Assembly: GCA_036785375.1 (NCBI GenBank)
Contig: JAWMAR010000081.1
Location: 2,728,001-2,792,000 of the forward strand
From: Leucoraja ocellata
Taxonomy: Eukaryota
DNA length: 64,000 nt
Direction of reading: 5' to 3'
In this document: piece by piece, positions 51,407 through 63,368 of the stretch
Position numbering within the stretch: position 1 is the first letter of the stretch
Layout: each line of letters opens with the position of its first letter
Position numbers and translations under genes: made by a program
Notes under the pieces: generated by a model
Told to the model about the DNA's origin: nothing
Database searches by the model: none
The model's input: only the letters and a program-made list of their open reading frames with translations

Positions 51407-52692
51407 CTAAGAGGAAAAGAAGGAAATCAAGTACAAAATTCTTAATCAATGATGAAAGAGTTCTACCAGTAAATATATTTGAATTAGAATATCTTTTGCG
51501 ATTCTGTGGCTGCACAGAAATACGTGCAATTTTAAAACTTATTGAGAAATGGTGCATCAACTGACTCAGCTATTAAATTTAAATATTCTTTGTACATTAA
51601 AAGTCTTTGATTGATGATTCTTCAACCAAAATTAATGTGAATGTTCTATTAGCTGCAAAATAAATCTTTTGAAACACAAGAGACTGCAGATGCTGGAATC
51701 TTGAGCAAAAAACAAATTGTTCAGTTTATACTTTCAGTTTTAATTCAGGGTTCTTGACCTACAATGTCATATATCTCTTTGCCTCCACATATACTGCTTG
51801 GCCCGCTGAGTTACTCCAGTAGTTTACATATTTTGTACCAAATCTTTTGAAATGTCCAATTTATAAGCAAAGTAACACATCACGGGCAATATAATGAAAA
51901 CCACGATGTATAAGTTACCCCATTTCTAGTTACATATTCTAAAAATAAAATTATAACATAATTAATTAGAAAAAAACAAATGCCCGATAAGTAATTAAAA
52001 TCAGAAAAACCCAGTGTCACAGTAGCTCCAAACTTACATTAAAATAGAAAAACTACCGGAGCAGTCACGTGTGCCAAATGTCTGATACGCTAATGGATGA
52101 GTTGGAAGGTACTCTACGATATGATAGAACTTTATTTATCCCAGGAGAGTAATTAATTTGTCAACAGTCATAAAAAATACAAAATACATGAAACATGAAA
52201 ATAAAGTGACGAGCGGTAAGGCTTTGGGGATGCCCTCAGATTTCATCAAACAGTAATAAGCTCACCTTGTCCATCATCCCAGGTTATTTGGGATGCAAAA
52301 ATAGGTTGAGTCTCCTGCTAAGTTCGCTGACTCCACTTCCTTGCCATTGTCCCACCAATCCCACCACATATCCTGTCATTCCAGTCAAATACTACACTTT
52401 TCCCCATCAGTTAATCACTTTAGCTTTTCATGCTTTAACACAAATATTCTGTCTCATGTGAATTCCCAAGTGTTTCCAAGGAATCAGGAAAAATTATGCA
52501 GGAGACTTAACAAAAACTCTTCAAACTATTATGGGTGTGGAATGAATATTAACATAATTTGCTCCATTGTAAACATGAATAAAGATTACTGAATAACGTG
52601 AGAAAGAGATCCAACTGTTTCGTATAAATATTCTTCTGTATAACTGTATAAGCTAAAATATGTAACCCAGAGTTAAGTATTGCTGGGAATAC

Positions 52693-52767
52693 CTGTGGAT
52701 TCTTTCTCTTCAGGGTTATTAACTTCATACACAGTAATCGGAGTGTCAGAATCTAGCAGTGCATAAT
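52693..52767 (-). CDS. Repeat exon, 75 nt: DYALLDSDTPITVYEVNNPEEKEST
   Basis: ttttgttatctag|AT ... ACA G|gtattc. Confidence 0.7.
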
Positions 52768-53059
52768 CTAGATAACAAAAATATTAAATGCAATTTTCCA
52801 TTTATACAGCATAGCAGCACTGTTACTGATAAAAGTGCATTTTTGTTTAGTTCAGAGATACACCATGGAAACAGGCCCTTTACCACATGTATATCCATAT
52901 TCGACCATCAAGTAGTCATTTTTATACTAATCCTACTCTAACCCATTTCCCTTTCACAATATTTCGATCAATGTTCCTCATTTGCACACAAGGGGTAATT
53001 TACAATGGCCAATCCACCTACCAATCCATGCGCTTTCGGTATGTGGGAGGAAACAAAAA

Positions 53060-53315
53060 TGGACCGGAGCGGGGCCTTACAACGCCCGCCGGGGGCTTTA
53101 ACATCGGGAAAGAATAAAGTACTGTGGAGAGACAAGACTTTGCCTTCCATCACAGTGAGGAGGTGTTTGGAGATTCACTGTGATGGATGTCCGTGTAAAT
53201 TGTGTTAATTGTGTGTCTTGGGTTTTTTTTCTTGTTCGTATGACTGCAGAAACGAAATGTTGTTTGAACTTAGGTTCAAATGGCAATAAACGGTATTGTA
53301 TGGTATTGTATTGTG
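53060..53315 (+). mobile_element. SINE-like retroelement 3' part, same family as 8655-9296
   Basis: Shared cacagtgaggaggtg...gtatgactgcag...acgaaat block, terminal hairpin, caataaa and (tattg)n tail. Confidence 0.7.
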
Positions 53316-54309
53316 TATTACTGTGTTAAAATTAAGTGGGAGGCCACATTTTGGACTTCTGACCCTATCTGAATATTACGTGCACTGCAGTTTGTTGGTC
53401 AAGACAAACTGTTTTGTCAACAACATTTCCATTGTGGGAGAAGAGTCAATGTTTCAGCTTAATAACCTTTAGTCATACAGCTCAGATGCAAGTCCTTGAG
53501 CCCTACTTATCCATGCTGACCAAGATACTCATCAAAGTTAGGCCCGTTTGCCTATGTTTGACCCATATCACCAAACTGCTCTGATTAAAGGTCAATGACT
53601 TATATAGTTAACCTGCCTTGCTCTCTCTACAGATGCCAACTGATCTGTTAGATTTTCCCAACATTTTCTGCTTTATTTCCGATTTCCAGAACCAGCAGTT
53701 TTTTTTGTTTCTCAGTCAAGCTTGTCCTAACGCATCCAAAATTCAAATCAGTGCCCGTGCATCAGTTTTTCACAGAAACAATGACATCAATAGCTTACAT
53801 CTGCTGTTATATTTTTGTGTACTAATGACAGGTTTAAACACATCACGTGCAATCAGCTTCAGTTAATAAAGAACTGCCAGTTCTTGCCCTGTACTCTAAA
53901 GGGAAGAAAACAGATATTGCTGTCCATAATATGCTGCATCTCTGTGTAGTGTCTGAACTTCATGTTACTGGTTCATAGTAATTTTGTGGTTGGCCATTCA
54001 ACAGATTCAAAACAGATGCAAGATCTTCCATGAAGTATCAACAAAGAATTCATTCAGAGATTTCATGAGCAAAATAAATCACTAGGCATGTTTTAGGGCT
54101 GGTCTGGAAATAAAATAATTTACTCTATGTTTACACTGCCACCTCCTTATCCCATTGCAGTCCTGCTGGTTAAAGTACTCTCCTATAAAAACATAGATTG
54201 CTGTTGAAAGTACTCACCTATGCTGTTGAGTAGAGAAGGCAAGGAATTAGCTCCAGGGAAGCGAAGGAACAAAGGTTTATTTTCATATCAGGATCAAGTA
54301 AGATTAATG

Positions 54310-56010
54310 GGAAATTTCCAGAAGGTGGTGTATCCATGCATTTAATATTTGTGTCCTTCTTGATTATAGAGATCATGAGTTTGATACTGATATCAGAGTA
54401 GGCCAGGTGAGAAAAACAAAATCAAGCATTTTCTAGATGGCGAACACTTCAGCCACAGGTGCACCAGTTGAAGAGGGAATGCATGTTTAGTGTGGGAGAT
54501 GGGCTACTGATCAATACGCTGCTTTGCCCTTGATGGTGTTAAGCTTCTTGAGGGCAGGTGGAGAGTATTCCACTGTTCGCCTGACTTGTGCCTTATTGAT
54601 GGTGGAATGGCTTCTGGCTGTCACTTGCCCAAAGATACTCAGTTTCTATCTTGCTCTTGTATCTGCATAATTATGTGGCAGGTGCAGTTGAGTTTCTGAT
54701 CAATGATGACCCCCCAGGCTGTTGATGATCTGGGGCTCAATGATGGTAATACATTTGAATGTTAGACAATCTCTTGCTGCCAATGGTCTATGATTTAGGT
54801 GTGATATTCGTTTCCCACTTCCAGCCTCTGCCTAAATATCGTCCAGGTCTTTCTGCAAGGATCATTCCATTTGCTGAAGAGTTGCGAATGGAAGTAACAT
54901 TATGCAATTATCAATGAACAATGCCACTCATGATTTTATAATTGGTTGTTGATGAAGGAATTGAAAATAGTTTGGCCAGGACACTGCGCTGAGGAATCAC
55001 AATGAACAGGAGATGCGATAATTGATCGCTATCAACCGCAACCACCTTCTTTTGTGCAGGATATGACTCCAAATCCTTACATATTTTTCCTTTGATGCCC
55101 CCTGACCATCTTCACCAGAGTTCCTTGTGCCATTTTCAATCAGTCAATTGGATCTTTGATGTGGTGTGGTCAAACACGTGCAATTCCTGAAAGTTAACTT
55201 AATGACACTGTCAAAGGTGAGTTCTGGAGCTGAGCAGTCTCGGCAAAATCCAAACTGGGCAACGTTGAGCAGGTTAGTGGTGAGTGCATGCCTCCAGATA
55301 GTACTGTCAATGATATATTCCAACTTTGAAAGATTTCATGAACTTTTCATGAACCAGACGTAATTTTCGGGTAAATACCAATACTATAAATGTACTGGGA
55401 CAACTTGGATGGAGCACAGTTGGTACTTGAGTGAAAATCTTACTACAGCCAGGATGTTTGGTCTCATAGCTTTTGCTATATCCAGTGCTCTCAATTGTGC
55501 ATTGATATTACATAGAGTGAACCAAATTGGCTGAAGACTGGCGTGCAATGATTGGGCTCTTAGGAGGAGGCCAACTAAAAGCATTTGGTGCTTTAGGTTG
55601 ACCTTAACTTTGCGACTCACTTAATGGACTCTGCTATTCTTGCGGGTAACCCAAAAACATCCTATCAGCTATTTAACTGCCTACCGTCATTCATAATCAG
55701 ATGTTGCGAAGCTGCAGGTTTGTTTAGCCTTTTTGGTCATGGGATCCCTTGGCTCGATATAACGTATGTTGTGGGGTTTTTTTCTATTTAGAATGGATGA
55801 AGCACTGTTTTTCAGATTCACAAATTTGGCACTTGATTATAGTGACCATGCCCTTCCAAGTGAAGCAGGGTTGATCCCCTATCTTGCTAAAATGTCAGAG
55901 TAAAAGATATGCCAGCTAATAAGTTACAGATTGTGTTGGAACACAAATCTCACTGATTGTGGTCCACAGGGTCTCATTGATGCCTGGTATTGAGCTGCCA
56001 CATCCATTCT
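54310..56010 (-). mobile_element. Decayed LINE, same family as 40545-41015
   Basis: Shared ggcaggtggagagtattcca...cctgacttgtgcctt motif and further RT-like remnants. Confidence 0.65.
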
Positions 56011-56184
56011 GACTCATTGATGTTCTCTGGCTTCAAATGTAACTCTCCTTTATGATCTCCAATTGGCCACGTCTCTTTTTACCACCATTTAATTGTTTAG
56101 AAAGATATTGCCAAGACATTTTGATTGCCAGAATTCCGCATGCTACTTTATCGGTCTTTTTCTTTCCATATTCCCTCTGATTAC

Positions 56185-56730
56185 AAGAACATAACACAGA
56201 GGCAGAGGTTTTTAATTCTGCATATCATCATTTTGTTAGATGACAGCTGACCTTTTCCATCAACACCAGTTTCTCATATTGACTCCTTGTCTCTTGAATC
56301 CCTTAATGTCTAAATATCTTTTAATCTCTGCCATGAATATACTCAACAACTAAACTTGCACAATTTTCTTTGTTAGAAATTTCTAAAGACTGACTACCAC
56401 CTGGGTAAAGCTATTTCTTGTTATCGCTGTCCTGAATGACTGATCCCGTGGTTTGATGATGTGATATCTGGGAACCTAGCTTAGGAAAACATCACCTCTG
56501 AATCTACACTGTCACGTAGGCAAGAATTTTATATATTTCAATGAGGTCACTTCTCATTCTTCTGAATTAAAGAGGACACATGCCTACTCCGTTTAATGCT
56601 TTCTCAAATAACAAACATCATCCCAGGAATTAATCTGATAAATCTTCACAGCACTCCCTCTGACACAACTTTTTCTAGAAAGGGAAACCAGACTTGTCGA
56701 GAACATTTCAGATGTGGTCTCATTAGCTAT
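56185..56730 (-). mobile_element. Old CR1 LINE 3' fragment
   Basis: acaagaacataac tail and catcccaggaattaatctgataaatct motif. Confidence 0.7.
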
Positions 56731-57327
56731 CTATATCGAGATTGTTACTATGGAACAGGTAGTTCTGCTATGATGCTATAGCTGCATATCTAAGAAACCT
56801 CACGTTATAGAAAATCATGTTAAGAAAACAAATGTGTTAATAGGGAATAGAGGATTTAGGCCCAGAAAATTTCAGACCTTTAATAACAAAATTATTTTCT
56901 TGCAGGATTTTCGGAAAATAAAGGTCTTTTTGAATAACTACACGTGATAACCTATTCAGCCCACATAATACAAATAGTCTTCCCCAATTTCTCAAACACA
57001 TTATATCCATTTAGCATAATGGAAATTCGTGCATTTTAGGCAGAACTACATGTTCTCAAATATTTGACCCCAATTTGACAAGTCTGTTTTTAAAATTATT
57101 TAAAATTGGGTGTCCTCCGAATAAGTAAGCTGGCAAGCTCCTTGTCCTTTCCTGTGCCAATCTAAACTTTGAGTATCATGTTTACTACATATTATAAATT
57201 TGGAAAGATAACCAGCAAAGGAGAAGATAAGTTGCATGGTTTGTGTTTTCCCAATGTTAAGAGATGCCAACAATTTATCTTTAAACAAAAGTTAGGTATT
57301 TTTTGCTGTGTTTAAAATTAAAATTAC

Positions 57328-57411
57328 CTGCAAATGGCTGTTGAACTTTGTTGTCTGCATCAGTAATTGGATTTGAAGTGATGAAGGCTTTACTTGTGGT
57401 GAATGATGATT
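57328..57411 (-). CDS. Repeat exon, 84 nt: ESSFTTSKAFITSNPITDADNKVQQPFA
   Basis: catgctag|AA ... GCA G|gtaatt; phase 1-1; NPI motif. Confidence 0.65.
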
Positions 57412-58034
57412 CTAGCATGTGCATTGGAAAAAATATAAAATTCTTGGATTCAGAAAATGAATTAACATTTTTCCAAAAGGAACCCACACCTTGTCGTATG
57501 GCCAACAGTGTTTATCAATCAAAAAAGGTCTGAAGGAAAAAGATAAGCATTTATGTTTTGTTGTTGACAGCAAAAATAAAGAGGAACTTGAACCATTTTA
57601 GACTTGGGAATTTATTTTGTCCAAGTTAGCAGTGAAAATTCCTCTGGCTCACAAACATTTCTTCTAACACGTCTTTTTAATCTAACTGCCACGGTTATGT
57701 AGGAAACCTTAAATATATTACCATATGATCTAATAATTACTACACTTACCCAACAAAACATCTTCATTGACAAGACAAGTGCCCTTCACTCAGGATATAT
57801 TTTCTCTTTAAATTCACCAGGTTCTATAGCAGATCATCTCTTAATGATAGTTCAGTTATAATTTCAGAAATACTTTGCACATTTGAATAGATTTGCTCAA
57901 GCTTACATTCAAGGATGATTTCACTTTCCATTGATAGATGTTCTGGCAGTCCCAGATGAACATTAGGTTTTCCTATCAACAGTGACATTTTCTCCCAGCA
58001 CATTAGTGTGGCACATGGTTGTTCCACCATTCTT

Positions 58035-58206
58035 TCCAGACATGTCGCGGGGTGACGCCTGTATGGTCATGAGTAATCGCCCAAATAGTCGTACCTTTTT
58101 CTGGTCGCCACTGGATTTTCAACACATTGAAAATTTTCAGCGACCTGCTGCGACAATGATGGGTGCCGGCAGTCGGCGAAAAAATTGCGTAAATAGGACA
58201 GGCCCT
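58035..58206. mobile_element. CpG-rich MITE fragment, possibly PIF/Harbinger-like
   Basis: Abrupt CpG-rich block ending taggacaggccc; only one terminus recognisable. Confidence 0.4.
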
Positions 58207-58304
58207 TTACACAACCTAATTTCCCGGTGGCGGTGAGCGGTCTTCCTGAACTGCTGCATACCTTCTAGTGAAGCTACTCCCACAATGCTGTGAGTGTTCT
58301 AGAA

Positions 58305-58521
58305 CAAGGGTTCCCAACCTGGGGTAAATGTTTCCTACCCAGGGGGTAAATTTGTTTATTCTCTCGATTTGTACATATATTTTCTCATTGACTGACTGTG
58401 TTTGGTTCTGGTATACCGGTATCTGTTCATCATTAGTTGTTCATAAATAAGTGAAATAACATTGTTATGTGCTATTAAAGTTGCCAGGTGTAAACGGGAC
58501 GAAAAAGGTTGGGAACCCCTG
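58305..58521. mobile_element. hAT (Charlie/Buster-type) MITE, 217 bp
   Basis: TIRs CAAGGGTTCCCAACCT / AGGTTGGGAACCCCTG; 8-bp TSD TTCTAGAA (58297-58304, 58522-58529). Confidence 0.9.
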
Positions 58522-59952
58522 TTCTAGAACTTAAGAATACAAGGAAAAGAAGCAGGTTGGCCATTTGATACCTTATGTCAGGGATATGGAGGGATATGGA
58601 TTATGAGCAGGCAGATAAGATTAGTTTAACTTGACATCATGTTCGGCACAATATGCAAAATTCTCACATGACGTGACAAGATAGATGGGGAGATGATCAC
58701 ATCTGGGTTGCTAAGTCTATGTACTGCTAATGTAGAATAGCAGTACATAGGCAGAGGCAGAACATGTAGCTTTCCAGTCTGGGGATTTCCACTTGTTGGA
58801 ATTTGAGCTAGGCGGGTTGAGGAGGTTCTCATACTTGTACACTAAAAATAGGAGTTGATAGAGGTTTATATATAAAGCATATAAAAGTGGTGCTAAAATG
58901 AAGATCAGCCATGATCTTTTGAATGGCTGAGTGCATGTGAAGGTCCAATTACCCTAACCTGTTTTTAGTTCTTTTGTTCTTATGTTTTACCAAATACTGA
59001 TTTTCAGCACAAACATGTAGTCAATGGTAAAAGAAAGCAGCGGCTCAAGATCTTAAGTCAACAAAACAAATTTTGGTGAAAGCCAGCATTAGAAGAGTAG
59101 CAAAGAAACAAGTCAATCAATGAACTAAAGTGGTAAGCAAGAAATAATAATCACAACTAATGATAAGGCCATTTGTGTATTTTGTTCTTTTCATGCTTTT
59201 GTACACTATTATTTTCATTTCTAAAGGGTTTTTTTTTCTCATAATCCAAATCATGTTCAGCTAGTTCCAATACACTCCATCATTACTGCACTCAGAAGTC
59301 AAAATGGTTCTGAATGCCGACTAAATATAATGTTTAAAAATGTACATCGATACAGAGCACTTCACCAAACAGTGCTTTCAGGTAACAAGCAAATATATGA
59401 GAACATAGGATACGAAAAGATCAGCTCATCGATTCTGCACTTTATCTGCAAATCATGACTCCATCTCAAAAGTCATCTCCCACAAGAGGGAGATAAGGGA
59501 GATGAATACTTAAACCAATTTCGGGATATACATCTCAGAAATTCTTTCCAACCAAAATAATCCAAATGATCCAAGGTATATTGAACAATGTTCTACCACC
59601 AAAGGTGTAGAATGAATCCTCAGAATAATGCGCTATTTAGGAGCAACAAAGTACACATGTTTAAGTACCTGTGAGCTATAGTTTCATGAGCGTATTGATT
59701 TACTTCACTCCAAACAAAATTCTACTGATTAGGAATCTATTTTATGCAAATACTCTAACTGACTGCTGGTCAATCACATTTTCTACGTTTAAGGATGCAA
59801 ATTTCTTACTGGTCATTCGGACCTTCTGATTTTTCATTTCAGGTGAGAAAATGAAACTGGCAATAACAATGACATTTATATATGTGAATAAAATGATGGA
59901 ATTAACACATTGAAACAAATCAAGGCTAATTCAAGTTTCTCGTTGAGAATAC

Positions 59953-60039
59953 CTGTGGATTGTTTTGGTTCCACTGCATCATTTTTAGATGATTCTAAAG
60001 AGTTGACAGGCGAACTGCTCAAGAATGGTTTCCCAAATT
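59953..60039 (-). CDS. Repeat exon, 87 nt: EFGKPFLSSSPVNSLESSKNDAVEPKQST
   Basis: gttccag|AA ... TCC ACA G|gtattc; donor context matches the exon at 52693. Confidence 0.65.
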
Positions 60040-60518
60040 CTGGAACTTATTCAGAGAATACAAATAAAGCATGTATTTTACCAACTGGACTGTTTTGCAT
60101 GGTATCAAATACGATGTGAACATTTATAGCATTCCAAATTCAAAACCATATAAATATATGCAGAGCAGTGGCCAAGCATGATGGAATACATTGATCAAGC
60201 TAAGCAGTACTCTGAAGTAATCTGATGTATTTAAATTATACCTCCATGCAAATTGTTCACTTAATAATTTGATTCATGCAAATTGTCATTGATACATTGA
60301 TACCTGACTAAAGCTAGATTCTAAAGCTAAAATATGTAGATTTGCTTACCAAACTATTTCTAATGTATTGCACTGCGTGATTGTATATTGGCTTACTGAT
60401 GTATTTTGCCACTTTCCATCTTTCAAGAGCAAGAAAGCACATAGATAATGTGTTTGCATTCAAGTGGTGAACAGGACAAGGAAGTGTGCATCCATGCCAT
60501 AACTTATCTACATACTAC

Positions 60519-60608
60519 CTGAAATCTGCTCCCGTTGTGGAGAATCAAATTCATAAATTGTATTTGAGGTGGTGAAAAATGAATTGGCGGTGGGCTCAAC
60601 CACACGTT
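60519..60608 (-). CDS. Repeat exon, 90 nt: ERVVEPTANSFFTTSNTIYEFDSPQREQIS
   Basis: aattgcag|AA ... TCA G|gtagta; phase 1-1, open. Confidence 0.65.
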
Positions 60609-61429
60609 CTGCAATTTGGTCAAAACAAAGAGCAAACTCCGTGATATGAACATAAGAAAATAGGTGCAGAAGTATACCTTGCAACCCCTCATGCCTGCAA
60701 ACCACAGACACCAAGAATGTAGCTGAACTATTCCATTCATTCAACTTTCCTATGTCATTTAGATATTTTGTTTTTTCATAGTGCGCAAAACTCTATTCTA
60801 TTCAATCTTTAATACATTTGTAATTATGCATCAACAGACCACAGAATTATTAATGCTGAAGAGGAAACAGATGTATGGTTTTAAAAATAGATCTGACTGT
60901 GTGAAAGTGGTTATACTTTAATTAATGCACATTCTTAACAGAATTCTTTGATGTGCCTTTCAAAAACATCATAATAAAATGACTAAGTGATGGACTTTCT
61001 CTAAATGTCTATAAAATGTTATCAGGGTAAGATGATTCGGGAAAGAATGAAAATTAATTTTAGAAATACTATTTATTTACAATATTTTCTCATTTGAAGT
61101 ATTTGGTCCAATGCAGTGCATTTCAGGCAAACCCGAGTGTTTTACAGTGATGTACTTTAAAATTTGTGAAAATATCACATTTGATACAAATAGTGGATAT
61201 GTACAGCTTTCACTACAATATTCATTCCAAAGTAAAATTAATTATCACAACTATTCGTAAGGCACAGGTCATAATTTCATAACTTGAGGAAATGGGAATT
61301 TAAAGGAAATTAATGTCACACAAAGAATGGTCAATTTTAGTTCCCAATCGCAAGCAAGATATCTCTGATTAACCAATATAAAGGCCACTGATGTTTGAAG
61401 ATTTTGTTTCATACACTCTTGCGAAGTAC

Positions 61430-61483
61430 CTGAGATATTTACCATACCAACTGGCTGAACAAATGCAATATTGAAGCTATTCA
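61430..61483 (-). other. Possible further phase-1 exon or remnant (VNSFNIAFVQPVGMVNIS)
   Basis: Family-type donor TCA G|gtactt; acceptor lacks a pyrimidine tract. Confidence 0.3.
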
Positions 61484-61756
61484 CTGTCACTGTTCACTCA
61501 GTCAAAATGAATCAAATAAATATCTAAAATGATAAATTAAAATAATGTATGCTTTGTTATAGCTTATTTATATTGCTGGACACCAATGTTATACTTGCCA
61601 TTATTAACTTCATCAAACACAATGCCAAACAACAGACACAGGGATTTACAACTCCTGATCTTCCAACTGTTAAGTCAATGATATGACAGGAATAAAATAC
61701 CTAAGCAAATTACTTTTTTAAATTCGTAATTAACTACTTTAATGACATTCAATGTC

Positions 61757-62290
61757 CATAGAAACATAGAAAATAGGTGCAGGAGTAGGCTATTTGGCCC
61801 TTCGAGCCTGCACCGCCATTCAATATGATCATGGCTGATCATCCAACTCAGTATCCTGTACCTGCCTTCTATCCATACTGCCTGATCCCTTTAGTCACAA
61901 GGACTACATCTAACTCCCTCTGAAATATAGCCAATAAACTGGCCTCAACTACCTGTGGCAGAGAATTCCAGAGATTCACCACTCTCTGTGTGAAAAATGT
62001 TTTTCTCATCTCAGTCCCAAAAAATTTCCCCCTTATCCTTAAGCTGTGACCCCTTGTTCTGGACTTCCCCAACATCGGGAACAATCTTCCTGCATCCAGC
62101 CTGTCCAACCCCTTAAGAATTTTGTAAGTTTCTATAAGATCCCCCCTCAATCTTCTAAATTCTAGCGAGTACAAGCCGAGTCTATCCAGTCTTTCTTCAT
62201 ATGAAAGTCCTGACATCCCAGGAATCAGTCTGGTGAACCTTCTCTGTACCCCCTCTACCGCAAGAATGTCTTTCCTCAGATTAGGAGAAA
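61757..62290 (-). mobile_element. Young CR1 LINE 3' fragment, same subfamily as 2439-4796
   Basis: ORF 61869-62303; near-identical 3' UTR and (catagaaa)n tail. Confidence 0.95.
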
Positions 62291-63284
62291 CACTGCACTG
62301 CAAGACTCCATCAAGTTTCCCTCTACAGACATGTTCTCCTTAGAATGGCTGATGCAAAAACTTCTACAACATTTGGTTTGGAACTTTAGCTAAGGATGTC
62401 CCTCAACAGATGTTTCTGTTATTTCCAGCAATTAATATGATTCTTTTACTCAATCCTTGCAGCATTCTCTCGTAAATATTGAATAGCTTTCAACAGGATG
62501 ACAATGACTTTGCTGACTCATTTTTCATTCCATCTTTCCACCATTCAGTCTCGTCTTCGGCATTTATGTGTTGGGCCTGGCCAATCCAATCCGGAGGAAA
62601 TAAATGTTTTTGGAGCCCCCTCCTGCTCTTAGCTGTTGAATTGACCACCACCAATCATGGCCGGATATGTCTGGACAGCAGAGTTGTAATCTGATGTACT
62701 GGTTGGTTTTTTGGGCAACAAATGCCGCTCTCCGCCTGCGCCCCTAATTTAACTAGGGTTGATCCTCAGCTTGATTACAACAGTAGAATGAAAGTTAAGC
62801 TAACCGTAACTGGCAGGTAAATGTGGTAATGTACATATCTGCTGCCGCTAACAGTCTACCTCACCTCATGATACTGAATTGCCAGACCGATTCAGAGTCA
62901 GTATTATTTAGCAACATTGGAGAACAACGTAACATGATGGTAATGCACTCAGTATCAAGCCAAGACTTAGGCTACACAAGAACTGCACATTGGTCACTTG
63001 TACCAGCGCTGTCATCAACTGATGCATTTACAATAGGTACACTGGTAAGGATGTGATTGTACAGACTTATCGCTTGTATTGGTTCAATTGCTGTTTACTG
63101 GCTATCCAGTCCAGAGCTCTGAACTTCAGGATTCTGCCATCTCAGTCTATGGTGATAATACCGTGCTGCTACTGATGATGGTCATTGAAGTCTCCCACAT
63201 GTAACTATAGTACATATTGTTGATATTGAGCAACACATTATTGTTATTGATAATAGATATATCTATTTCATATGCACTAACTAC

Positions 63285-63368
63285 CTGTGAATTGTTTCAC
63301 ATTATCAGGTGCTGAGGTTGTGGGTGAATAGATGTAAAATGCACCACTGGAGGATGGTTCCTCATACT
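63285..63368 (-). other. Repeat-exon homologue with an uncertain acceptor (YEEPSSSGAFYIYSPTTSAPDNVKQFT)
   Basis: Donor TTC ACA G|gtagtt and open frame; the phase-1 acceptor position reads caa, and only a phase-0 aag is present. Confidence 0.4.

Larger units (their letters stand above)
9..60608 (-). other. Internal portion of a large multi-exon gene: about 35 homologous symmetric phase-1 exons encoding ~1,500 aa of mucin-like or disordered T/S/P/D/E-rich repeats; gene extends beyond the window
   Basis: Recurrent minus-strand pyrimidine tract + AG, an open frame starting (G)AC CAT GAx, ending ACA G|GT; intact lengths are multiples of 3; flanking intron sequence is homologous between copies. 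Confidence 0.85.

Noticed and set aside
53793-53895. Exon between ccctttag and T|gtaagc
   Set aside because: Stops in all three frames between these sites; at most a dead remnant
9-60608. Naming the gene as titin (PEVK), CD44, PTPRC or a MUC gene
   Set aside because: Exon phase and size fit several of these, but the composition is T/S/D/I-rich rather than PEVK and no diagnostic domain lies in the window
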